A stretch of DNA of 64,000 bases. Source: a virus. The stretch is from positions 19,455 through 83,454 of the IMG/VR virus record IMGVR_UViG_3300042502_000941; one strand, written 5' to 3'. The notes beneath the pieces were generated by a model that was not told the DNA's origin, made no database searches, and worked only from the letters and a program-made list of their open reading frames with translations. Of the stretch, positions 52,317 to 59,908 are shown piece after piece; the stretch's first letter is position 1, and each line of letters begins with the position of its first letter. A program made the position numbers and the translations under genes.

Positions 52317-52726
52317 AACTTTTTTAAATCTATAATTTTTGTTACTGATTCTATCGGTATATAACTAGTAACATAATTGCCTGGATCTACATTTTTTAAA
52401 TCAGGTAACTTACTTTTATCTATTACAACCACTATACCTTCTCCAGCGTCTCTGTAATTGACCAACGCAAACCTAGCTGCCAATTTAAAATCACTCGCTA
52501 GATAACTACCCACGATGTTTCTGGTATTTCCCTTACCTTTCGACGTAACTCTACCAGTACTCTTTAAAATATTATATTCTTTCTCAGACATTCCTCTATA
52601 AAGTTTAGAACTGTCGATTGGAATTTTATCCAATTCATCCGCAATATATTGCAATTTTCCAGTCGGTTCCCATACTAGATAATCATATATGCTTGATTCG
52701 TATAATAAACTATATCTTTTCATCAT
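52313..52726 (-). CDS. ADP-ribosyltransferase-fold-like protein
   Basis: LYRGMSEKEY...SYLASDFKLAARFA...VVVIDKSKL. True start is MMKRYSLLYE; the ORF-track extension runs into the tmRNA. Confidence 0.5.
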   Translation of the reverse strand: MMKRYSLLYESSIYDYLVWEPTGKLQYIADELDKIPIDSSKLYRGMSEKEYNILKSTGRVTSKGKGNTRNIVGSYLASDFKLAARFALVNYRDAGEGIVVVIDKSKLPDLKNVDPGNYVTSYIPIESVTKIIDLKKL

Positions 52727-52768
52727 TATATAAATATACATATTCAAAATATAAACTTTGAATAAAAA

Positions 52769-53154
52769 TGGTGGAGATGGCGGGGAGTCGCACCCCGCGT
52801 CCATAAAAAATTATTACTGCCAGACTACACGTTTATATATTTTAAATTGTTGGGAAGTAATAATTAAAAATATCTAAAAATATTACCCTTAAGATTTACC
52901 ATTTTCTCAGCCATTTACGCAAATCAAATATTTGGCCCAGTCCAATAATTTACACCCAATACAACTATCAGACTTCATTGTATTGAATGTGCAACAACTT
53001 AGGCTGCAAGGGCTACAACGTCATCATAAGAGAAGTCATAGCTAACTACGTTATCTTCAGCAGTTAATTTTCAATAGAACTTTTAAAGAGGCCAACTATT
53101 ATCCTCTACGTGCCTAACAATAGATATTTATCTATGTCGAAACTACACATCCCC
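52769..53154 (-). ncRNA. ssrA: tmRNA
   Basis: 5' GGGGATG pairs with 3' CATCTCC-ACCA (G3:U70); TTCGAC after the 5' stem; tag ORF 53061..52999 AEDNVVSYDFSYDDVVALAA*. Confidence 0.95.
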
Positions 53155-53181
53155 ATAAAATTTTAAAGAACTAAATAAATA

Positions 53182-53928
53182 CTAAACGTAAAAATTTTTG
53201 TAAGGATGTATAATCCTATCAGACATATTTAAATTAAAATTTTCATTATGTCTATAACTAGTTCCGTTCATATAAATTGGAAAAATTAAAGATAATAAAT
53301 AATCCCAATACCATCTTTGATTATACCCACTATATATAGATTTAATTTCATATGAGTATTTAATATAATTTTTCCAATCATTAATGATCGTTTTAGCAAA
53401 CTTTGTTTTATATATAAAACCACCCCCTCCTACGGTTAAATCAAAAAGTGGATTAATACATACATTGTTTTTTTGATAAAACTCAAACATACGAGGTAAT
53501 ATCTCGTTTCTCAATTTATCGTCGCCACTCATATAAAAACTCCACTGCAGATCGTTTAAATTTAAATTAGAACTTAACATATTAAGTTCTGTATCAGTTG
53601 CTAATTTAATAGTATCTTTCACTAAACAGTCCGGTTCAAGATTTATAAAATATTTTTCTCTAATTAAAAAAGAACACATTAAAAATCTATACGTATATTT
53701 TAAAGGTATTTCAAAATCATATGACGCTGGATACCCAATTTTTTCAGAATGTTGAATTAATACACACTTAAATGTATGAGCAATGTCATTTATATTATCT
53801 ACCTTACCATCAGCATATATTACTATGCTACTATTCGGATTAAATTCTCTAAATGATCGAATCATTTCATATGCCGATTGTTTTTGTTCCTCAGAAACAA
53901 TCGCGACAGCTCCAATATCAGATAACAT
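53182..53928 (-). CDS. Putative GT-A fold glycosyltransferase
   Basis: IRSFREFNPNSSIVIYADG...FINLEPDCLV. Start at MLSDIG; the track extension overlaps tRNA-Gly. Confidence 0.6.
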   Translation of the reverse strand: MLSDIGAVAIVSEEQKQSAYEMIRSFREFNPNSSIVIYADGKVDNINDIAHTFKCVLIQHSEKIGYPASYDFEIPLKYTYRFLMCSFLIREKYFINLEPDCLVKDTIKLATDTELNMLSSNLNLNDLQWSFYMSGDDKLRNEILPRMFEFYQKNNVCINPLFDLTVGGGGFIYKTKFAKTIINDWKNYIKYSYEIKSIYSGYNQRWYWDYLLSLIFPIYMNGTSYRHNENFNLNMSDRIIHPYKNFYV

Positions 53929-53943
53929 ATTATTTATAAAAAT

Positions 53944-54017
53944 TGGAGCGGGTAGAGGGAATCGAACCCTCACATCAACCTTGGCAAGGTCGAAGGCTAC
54001 CACTACATCATACCCGC
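53944..54017 (-). tRNA. tRNA-Gly(GCC)
   Basis: Cloverleaf, anticodon loop TT-GCC-AA, encoded CCA. Confidence 0.93.
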
Positions 54018-54069
54018 TCTCTGAATATTAATATATAGTTGAAACTAATCAATATACACTAATTTAAAA

Positions 54070-54144
54070 TGGTGGACCTGTCCAGGGTCGAACTGGAGAT
54101 TACCGGATGCAAACCGGTCGTGTTACCACTAGCACCACAAGCCC
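54070..54144 (-). tRNA. tRNA-Ala(TGC)
   Basis: ACCGG-TTTGCAT-CCGGT, G3:U70, CCA. Confidence 0.92.
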
Positions 54145-54152
54145 ATTTAAAA

Positions 54153-54181
54153 ATCTTACACCAATATATAGTATAAGTCAA
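54153..54181 (-). promoter_or_regulatory. Sigma70-type promoter for tRNA-Ala
   Basis: TTGACT-N17-TAAGAT. Confidence 0.65.
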
Positions 54182-54191
54182 ATCAAAAATT

Positions 54192-54290
54192 CAACCCTAT
54201 CCTATCTGGATCAGATTCGTCCGGGTCAGACATACAGGGGTGTATCGTGTCCCTCACGCTGTTGGCCGTTTCCACCCAACACGCACATCA
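54192..54290 (-). ncRNA. Candidate structured ncRNA, family unknown
   Basis: GC-rich intergenic island with four stems (TGTTGG/CCAACA, GTCTG/CGGAC, ATCTG/CAGAT, CCCTGT/ATAGGG). Confidence 0.4.
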
Positions 54291-54312
54291 TTGCAAATTG
54301 ATACCATAATTT

Positions 54313-55005
54313 TTAATTCTCTATATTTAGAAAGTTGAAGATAATCTTCTTGAACATATTCTTAATAGAATTTATATTCTTTAAAAGATTATTAATTATA
54401 AACGACTTTTCAACTATTTTTATAAATGTGTGAGTATCCATTGAATCTCTGGTACATTTAGAGATATTATAAAATTTAGAATATTTTGGTAAAATCTCAT
54501 TTTCAAAAAATTTTGGGCCAGTTTTAATTTCTTCTGTACAATCTATATCATGCGCCCAATATTCGCATTCTATGGTTTCTATATTATATTTTTTAATATC
54601 AATATTTTTTAAGATCCAATAATCATATCCTTCAGTATCTATGCACAATAATTTAATATTTTTACAATTGTAAATATTACACACCTCGTCAAAAGTCATC
54701 ACTGAAAATTTTATGTTATCAATCACATGTGGATGTGATTTTCTATTTAAAATACTAGACAATACAGCTGTATCATCTCCACGATAAGTATGCAATACAT
54801 TATTAGAATCGTAAGATATACCAACATTTAATATATTTATATCATGAATTTTATTTAAATCTTTATAACAATCAGTTAAGCGTTCAATTAAATTTGGATT
54901 AGGTTCTATTAAAATTATTTTACATGGTTCCTTTAATTCTTTTATTAAATTAAAGAAATAATCATATCCAATATTTGCCCCTATTTGTATATAAATGTCT
55001 TTCAT
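54313..55005 (-). CDS. FkbM-family methyltransferase
   Basis: IQIGANIG, ILIEPNP, LCIDTEGYD. Start at MKDIYIQ. Confidence 0.85.
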   Translation of the reverse strand: MKDIYIQIGANIGYDYFFNLIKELKEPCKIILIEPNPNLIERLTDCYKDLNKIHDINILNVGISYDSNNVLHTYRGDDTAVLSSILNRKSHPHVIDNIKFSVMTFDEVCNIYNCKNIKLLCIDTEGYDYWILKNIDIKKYNIETIECEYWAHDIDCTEEIKTGPKFFENEILPKYSKFYNISKCTRDSMDTHTFIKIVEKSFIINNLLKNINSIKNMFKKIIFNFLNIEN

Positions 55006-55037
55006 GTATAATATATATCTAAAATTTTTATTGGAAA

Positions 55038-55111
55038 TGGTTGGGGATGATGGAATCGAACCACCACAAGCAGATTCAAAGTCTGCCGCACTACCATTAT
55101 GCAAATCCCCA
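55038..55111 (-). tRNA. tRNA-Gln(TTG)
   Basis: GCAGA-CTTTGAA-TCTGC, CCA. Confidence 0.93.
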
Positions 55112-55122
55112 ATTACTAAAAA

Positions 55123-55198
55123 TGGAGCGTGTGGTGAGGTTTGAACTCACGACATCAAGTTTGGAAAACTCGTACTCTACCAACTGAGTTACACACGC
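55123..55198 (-). tRNA. tRNA-Gly(TCC)
   Basis: CGAGT-TTTCCAA-ACTTG, CCA. Confidence 0.93.
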
Positions 55199-55204
55199 AA
55201 AAAA

Positions 55205-55295
55205 TGGCGGTGAGGGAGGGATTCGAACCCTCGGTGGTTTTTTAGTCCACAACAGTTTAGCAAACTGTCTCTTTAGACCACTCAGACACCTCACC
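55205..55295 (-). tRNA. tRNA-Ser(GCT)
   Basis: ACAGT-TTGCTAA-ACTGT, long variable arm, G73, CCA. Confidence 0.93.
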
Positions 55296-55333
55296 GTAAA
55301 ATCTTTGACAAACTCCGATTTCTTCAAGGGACG

Positions 55334-55362
55334 ATACTATCAGTCCTCGGCTCCATTGTCAA
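55334..55362 (-). promoter_or_regulatory. Sigma70-type promoter inside the tRNA array
   Basis: TTGACA-N17-TAGTAT with TGn extended -10. Confidence 0.65.
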
Positions 55363-55379
55363 GTGGAGTTGTATTAAAA

Positions 55380-55471
55380 TGGCGGTTGATGTCCGTACTG
55401 CCCGGACCTTCGTCTTTCAACGAACTCAGTTTTCAAGACTGATGCAGCCAGCTTATATCTGCCTATCAACC
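55380..55471 (-). tRNA. tRNA-Ser(TGA), non-canonical T-loop
   Basis: TCAGT-CTTGAAA-ACTGA, long variable arm, T-loop GGCAGTA, CCA. Confidence 0.85.
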
Positions 55472-55480
55472 GTATAAATT

Positions 55481-55565
55481 TGGTAGGTGTGGTAGGATTC
55501 GAACCTACATAGGATACAATATTTTAAGTATTGCGGTTGTTCCAGTTTCCCTTATCCACACACCC
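55481..55565 (-). tRNA. tRNA-Leu(TAA), atypical D and variable regions
   Basis: CAATA-CTTAAAA-TATTG, TTCGAAT, CCA. Confidence 0.82.
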
Positions 55566-55572
55566 GTTAAAT

Positions 55573-55650
55573 TGGTAGTTACGACTGGATTCGAACCAGC
55601 ACTATTCTATTTTTGAGATAGACGACTCCTTCCAGTTGGTCTACGTAACC
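55573..55650 (-). tRNA. tRNA-Leu(CAA) with a short variable loop
   Basis: TCTAT-CTCAAAA-ATAGA, variable loop ATAGT, CCA. Confidence 0.85.
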
Positions 55651-55658
55651 ATTGAAAT

Positions 55659-55742
55659 TGGTGGGCATAGAGGGACTTGAACCCCCACGGATTTCTCCAC
55701 GAGCTTCTAAAACTCGCATGGCTGCCATTACATCATATGCCC
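55659..55742 (-). tRNA. tRNA-Leu(TAG)
   Basis: CGAGT-TTTAGAA-GCTCG, long variable arm, CCA. Confidence 0.92.
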
Positions 55743-55749
55743 AATAAAA

Positions 55750-55823
55750 TGGTCGGCCACGTCAGAATTGAACTGACTCCACATGAACCCAAATCATGTA
55801 TGCTACCGTAACACTTGTGACCG
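55750..55823 (-). tRNA. tRNA-Pro(TGG)
   Basis: CATGA-TTTGGGT-TCATG, C1:G72, CCA. Confidence 0.92.
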
Positions 55824-55830
55824 ATTAAAA

Positions 55831-55906
55831 TGGTAGGTGGTATAGGATTTAAACCTATGACATTTTGCGTGTAAAGCAAATGCTCTATCAACTGAGCTAA
55901 CCACCC
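55831..55906 (-). tRNA. tRNA-Val(TAC)
   Basis: TTTGC-TTTACAC-GCAAA, CCA. Confidence 0.9.
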
Positions 55907-56045
55907 ATTTAAAAATTGTTATATACTTTATGTCATTATCGCCAGATGGGTTCTGTATTTCAGCATAACACCCAGTGACCGATCAAATGTTTTAACTTAT
56001 GTTGGGGACATCAGATAGAGTTTCAACCCCGTTCGTTATATTTCT

Positions 56046-56073
56046 AATTTACCATACTTTATAAAATTGTCAA
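56046..56073 (-). promoter_or_regulatory. Sigma70-type promoter upstream of the tRNA array
   Basis: TTGACA-N16-TAAATT with TGG extension. Confidence 0.55.
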
Positions 56074-56084
56074 CCATCAAAATT

Positions 56085-56118
56085 AAAAACCCGTCATTCT
56101 TTTTAAAAGTGACGGGTT
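56085..56118 (-). terminator. Rho-independent terminator
   Basis: AACCCGTCA...TGACGGGTT plus U-tract on the minus strand. Confidence 0.75.
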
Positions 56119-56146
56119 GTATATTTTTTAGTAAACAACCTCGTCT

Positions 56147-56347
56147 TCAACTTTCGGATGGAAGTTGACTGGCTTGACTAGGTTCTGAAACCGTAACCGG
56201 TTCTGAAACCGTAACAGTCTGTGGAACCGTAACATCAACTTCTTTAAAAGAATCTTTCAATGAAAGATATAAAGCTTTAATCTCAGCTTCCGTTAGTGTA
56301 AAACTTCTACCTTGAATTACCAGTTTATATGTTTTTTCTATTACCAT
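56147..56347 (-). CDS. Hypothetical protein with a VTVSEP repeat
   Basis: 66-aa ORF with an 18-bp duplication. Confidence 0.6.
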   Translation of the reverse strand: MVIEKTYKLVIQGRSFTLTEAEIKALYLSLKDSFKEVDVTVPQTVTVSEPVTVSEPSQASQLPSES

Positions 56348-56429
56348 AAATTGAATATACTATATATAGTGTTTAAAATTCAAAATCAACAAAATTATTT
56401 AATAATTTTCAAATAAACTTTATTAACTT

Positions 56430-57401
56430 TCAAGATACCTTCTCAAATCCGGTCATATTAATTACGTTCAGTTTTTGGCCAATAATAGACTCGATTTGAG
56501 TTTTTCTACTGATTAACCAAGCAAAAGATCCAACTTTATACCATGCGCCCAACAGTGCCAGTTCACTGCCCACCTGTACAAATATTGGATTTCCAGAATC
56601 ACCACCTCGTTGTGTTTCATAATACGATTGTGATGTACCAAATACTGAAGATTCTACATCAGCAACTGCATCAATCAATCGCGTTATATCTCCTATTGAA
56701 ACTTGTTTGTCTTGATTAAGGAACAACACAGGTAATCGTAAAGTTACAAATTGCACACCCATTGCACTATTAATTTCAGTTTTGATATATTGTTGCCAGT
56801 TGTCGGGTAACACTGAATATATCTTCAAACTACTATCAATTGATCGATCAAGCGTTCCAATTGCAATATCACTTCCATCAATCTTGTCGATCTTGATGAT
56901 GATGTATTTGAATGTCACATTGTTATCGTTAACAAAAAAGATTTCTGAATTTGGCAAATATGGAACGTGTGCAGACAATAAGACATGCTTATCAGTGATA
57001 AGAGTTCCACCTCCAACACCACCTAGGCCATTTATACCGGCCGCAGTACCTGTCCATTTATAAGATATCACCCAAGATGCAGAATTTCGAACCCAAGAAA
57101 AAGTAGATTGGATAAACGCACTGAATAAACTGCGGTCTTTGCTGGCCGCCATCATTTTTATAAGTGTGGATTTGATACTCGATGCCCAGTTAGTACGAAT
57201 ACCATCAGAAGATCCACTACTACCACCCGTTCCGCTACTGCCACCTATTCCACTGCTACCACCGATTGTACTACGTATCACTTTTGGTAACAATGTATTA
57301 GATATAAATTTAGTTACTACAGATTTCGATTGAAGTACTATTGTTTTTAATGAGGAAGTACCTATTCGGTTACTACCATTTGATCCACTTGTTGATGACA
57401 T
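56430..57401 (-). CDS. Trypsin-like serine protease with a Gly/Ser-rich N-terminus
   Basis: GGTLITDKHVLLSAH (His), SDIAI (Asp), GGDSGNP (Ser); GAAAGG SD. Confidence 0.88.
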   Translation of the reverse strand: MSSTSGSNGSNRIGTSSLKTIVLQSKSVVTKFISNTLLPKVIRSTIGGSSGIGGSSGTGGSSGSSDGIRTNWASSIKSTLIKMMAASKDRSLFSAFIQSTFSWVRNSASWVISYKWTGTAAGINGLGGVGGGTLITDKHVLLSAHVPYLPNSEIFFVNDNNVTFKYIIIKIDKIDGSDIAIGTLDRSIDSSLKIYSVLPDNWQQYIKTEINSAMGVQFVTLRLPVLFLNQDKQVSIGDITRLIDAVADVESSVFGTSQSYYETQRGGDSGNPIFVQVGSELALLGAWYKVGSFAWLISRKTQIESIIGQKLNVINMTGFEKVS

Positions 57402-57440
57402 AAAATAAACCTTTCTTTAATTATAAATAGATATCAAAAA

Positions 57441-57468
57441 TAAAAAAACCCGCTTATTTCTAAGCGGG
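57441..57468 (-). terminator. Rho-independent terminator
   Basis: CCCGCTTA-TTTC-TAAGCGGG plus U-tract; core identical to the sheath terminator. Confidence 0.85.
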
Positions 57469-57494
57469 ATACAGATACACTATTTCTGGTCGGA

Positions 57495-58193
57495 TTAGAA
57501 AGTCAATCTCAAACCGCCGGAATATACTACATCGCCACTAAGTTCACGGGTAGCCCAATTATATTTAGTAGCATTAAAATTGTTGTCATACCATCCAGCA
57601 CTTGCAAATGGAGTCAATACACCAAATGAAGTTTCAAAAGGACGAGTCACTGACAACTTTGCATTTACAGCTGTATAGTCTTCTACCTTACCATATTCAA
57701 CAGCAGGAGTTACAACGAATCCAAATGGAAGTTTTTGAGCACGTTCTGCGCCAACAAACACACCACTTTGTTTCAAGTCTACATCATAAAATCCACGAAG
57801 ATATGGTGTTACATACTTATTTGGCAAAGCCAATTTAACACCAAATTCAGTACTATTTGGAATACCAAAGTTACCTGCTTGGTGACGAGTTACAGTTGTA
57901 TCCAATCGTGCGGAAAATACATCCTTCCATACGTTTACTTCCTTGCCAGCACCCAGAGTCCAATGTGACTGATCTAGGTCACCATTAGCCAATAGAGTAC
58001 CACCCAAGTATACATCTGCATACTTCAGACTCTTTACAGCACCTACACCAACAAATGCTGCACCTTCAGAACGAGATACACCATTGACGATGTATTGGTT
58101 GTTATACCCAGCTTCAACTGAGATGTTTGAGGTGTCGCCTGCAGATACAGCCAAAGCGGCCAATACTGACAATAATACTAATACTTTCTTCAT
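57495..58193 (-). CDS. Outer-membrane beta-barrel protein (TorF-like putative porin)
   Basis: Sec signal MKKVLVLLSVLAALAVSA, YNNQYIVNGVS, alternating beta-strands, C-terminal GLRLTF beta-signal. Confidence 0.8.
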   Translation of the reverse strand: MKKVLVLLSVLAALAVSAGDTSNISVEAGYNNQYIVNGVSRSEGAAFVGVGAVKSLKYADVYLGGTLLANGDLDQSHWTLGAGKEVNVWKDVFSARLDTTVTRHQAGNFGIPNSTEFGVKLALPNKYVTPYLRGFYDVDLKQSGVFVGAERAQKLPFGFVVTPAVEYGKVEDYTAVNAKLSVTRPFETSFGVLTPFASAGWYDNNFNATKYNWATRELSGDVVYSGGLRLTF

Positions 58194-58350
58194 ATTTAAC
58201 TATCCTTTATTTTTTTGTTTATGTTTACTACCCACGTTAAGAACAGCTTAACGTTTATTTTGAAAAGACACTAAAATGTACTTTTCAGAATAATTTTTTA
58301 TCAACTTATATATATAGTTTTTATAATCCTATTATAACTAATTTATTTAG

Positions 58351-58671
58351 TCAAGCTGATTTTACCTTCTTGAGACGTTTGTTCAAAATCTTATCTTTTT
58401 CAGGCAAATAAACGTAAGAAGCCTTTAAACTTCGTTTACTTTCACCCAAAATAGACAACGTTTCTTCGTGAACGTCTAATGTTTCTAGTATCGCGTTCTT
58501 TACAAATCTAAAACTATCAGTGCCTACAACGTCAATACAAATACCATATGATAGATCTCTATATTGCACATCAGTCGCACCATATTTTGTACACAATACA
58601 TCCTTGATCTTAGCCTTCTTGTCATTACTAAAGACTAAATTCGCCATATCAATTTTACTTAGTTCATTCAT
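58351..58671 (-). CDS. Hypothetical protein
   Basis: 106-aa ORF downstream of a consensus promoter. Confidence 0.65.
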   Translation of the reverse strand: MNELSKIDMANLVFSNDKKAKIKDVLCTKYGATDVQYRDLSYGICIDVVGTDSFRFVKNAILETLDVHEETLSILGESKRSLKASYVYLPEKDKILNKRLKKVKSA

Positions 58672-58682
58672 ACTATACTTTT

Positions 58683-58710
58683 ATTATACTTGTTTACGGT
58701 TGATTGTCAA
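58683..58710 (-). promoter_or_regulatory. Consensus sigma70 promoter
   Basis: TTGACA-N16-TATAAT. Confidence 0.8.
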
Positions 58711-58719
58711 TAAAAAATA

Positions 58720-58747
58720 AAGCGATTAATTTTTACATTAATCGCTT
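58720..58747 (-). terminator. Probable terminator
   Basis: AAGCGATTAAT-TTTTAC-ATTAATCGCTT. Confidence 0.65.
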
Positions 58748-58773
58748 CACTTGTTTAAATTTAAATGTATTTT

Positions 58774-59190
58774 TTACTTCTTTTTGAGCTTATTTACAAG
58801 TTTTTTGAGTTTGTCAGGCTGATGTGTTTGTAACCATTTAAAATAATCTTCCTTCTCTCTACGTGAAAGTTCACTGTCTCTATAAAGACTAGCATACTTC
58901 TTCACAATGTCTCTAAAAGGATCGCCGCTTTCATTTTTTTGCTTTTTTAATCGATCAATTTTACCCATCAACATTTTCTTATAGTTTTCTAATGAACCAT
59001 AATCTTTTACTCTACTCGGATCCGGATTTTTTAACAATTTCTCTAAATCTGCGATATCCGCTACTTTATCATCTTCTGAAAGAGTAGCAGTCAACTTATC
59101 ACTCTCTACTTCAGCCGCGTTATCAAAATCTTCGTTTAATACCTCTCTTGTCAAACTTTTAATTAACTTCTTTAAATCATTTTTAGTCAT
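58774..59190 (-). CDS. Hypothetical protein, possible internal head protein
   Basis: MTKNDLKKLIKSLTREVLNE; TATTTATA upstream. Confidence 0.7.
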   Translation of the reverse strand: MTKNDLKKLIKSLTREVLNEDFDNAAEVESDKLTATLSEDDKVADIADLEKLLKNPDPSRVKDYGSLENYKKMLMGKIDRLKKQKNESGDPFRDIVKKYASLYRDSELSRREKEDYFKWLQTHQPDKLKKLVNKLKKK

Positions 59191-59225
59191 ATGTTATAAA
59201 TATAAATATTATTAATTAGCTACAT

Positions 59226-59396
59226 TTATTTTTCTTTTATACTGTCACCCCAACCATTTCTATGTTTAGACATCCAATCCAATAACGCGGTCTCAAATCC
59301 TATATCAGTCCCTCTTTTTTCACTCTCTATCCATTTGTGTATTTCTATCTCATTTTTTAATTGAAGAAACTTTTGATAGAGATTTAATTCGTTCAT
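59226..59396 (-). CDS. Small DUF4032-like protein (56 aa)
   Basis: Manual translation MNELNLYQKFLQLKNEIEIHKWIESEKRGTDIGFETALLDWMSKHRNGWGDSIKEK. Confidence 0.75.
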   Translation of the reverse strand: MNELNLYQKFLQLKNEIEIHKWIESEKRGTDIGFETALLDWMSKHRNGWGDSIKEK

Positions 59397-59415
59397 ACAC
59401 AAATAAATAGTATGA

Positions 59416-59886
59416 TTATCTAAGCGGTATATACAAATCTCCTGTTAATCCTTTTTGAGTTAAATAACTAGCATCACTTATCGCGAGTGGACTCTTAATA
59501 TATCCATATTTTTTACTCAATATCTTACGTAATTCTTTACCAGCTAATTGTATCAAATCTAATTGCTCTTGACCATTACTATATCTGATTTTACCAGCAA
59601 GTCCAGTCGGTAACATACTTTCATACTGTTTATATAAATTAATTATATCATTATAATGTGGTAACTCTAAGCCAGGTCCTTTTAACTTAGTAGTTATTAT
59701 TTGTTTACCAAATCGTTTAGCTACTTCTATATTATTTGTATGATTTGCTCCCAGTGTAGCCACTAATTTGTCACCTGGCTTGGTGCTGTTGATACCCAAC
59801 CCTATATCACCATACGTAGGATTAACACCTCTGTATACAGTCAACTCAGGCTGTACTTCGTTTAACAAATCTTTTAATAATATCAT
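59416..59886 (-). CDS. ADP-ribosyltransferase-fold-like protein
   Basis: LTVYRGV...GANHTNNIEVAKRFG. Start at MILLKDLLNE. Confidence 0.45.
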   Translation of the reverse strand: MILLKDLLNEVQPELTVYRGVNPTYGDIGLGINSTKPGDKLVATLGANHTNNIEVAKRFGKQIITTKLKGPGLELPHYNDIINLYKQYESMLPTGLAGKIRYSNGQEQLDLIQLAGKELRKILSKKYGYIKSPLAISDASYLTQKGLTGDLYIPLR

Positions 59887-59908
59887 ATAGTAATAAATAT
59901 ATAAAAAA

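Noticed and set aside
55097-55327. ORFs over tRNA genes (also 62256..62558, 54107..54301 and the N-terminal extensions of the 52313, 53182, 54313 and 59416 ORFs)
   Set aside because: They overlap clear tRNA or tmRNA genes. Better starts lie downstream for the real genes.
55380-55471. Possible tRNA-Sec or opal suppressor
   Set aside because: The anticodon is TGA (reads UCA, Ser), not TCA. It has a 7/5 fold with G73.
56000-56035. Hammerhead ribozyme (GAAAC and CTGATG nearby)
   Set aside because: Only about 6 nt separate the motifs, too few for stems I and III, and the core reads CTGATGT rather than CTGANGA.
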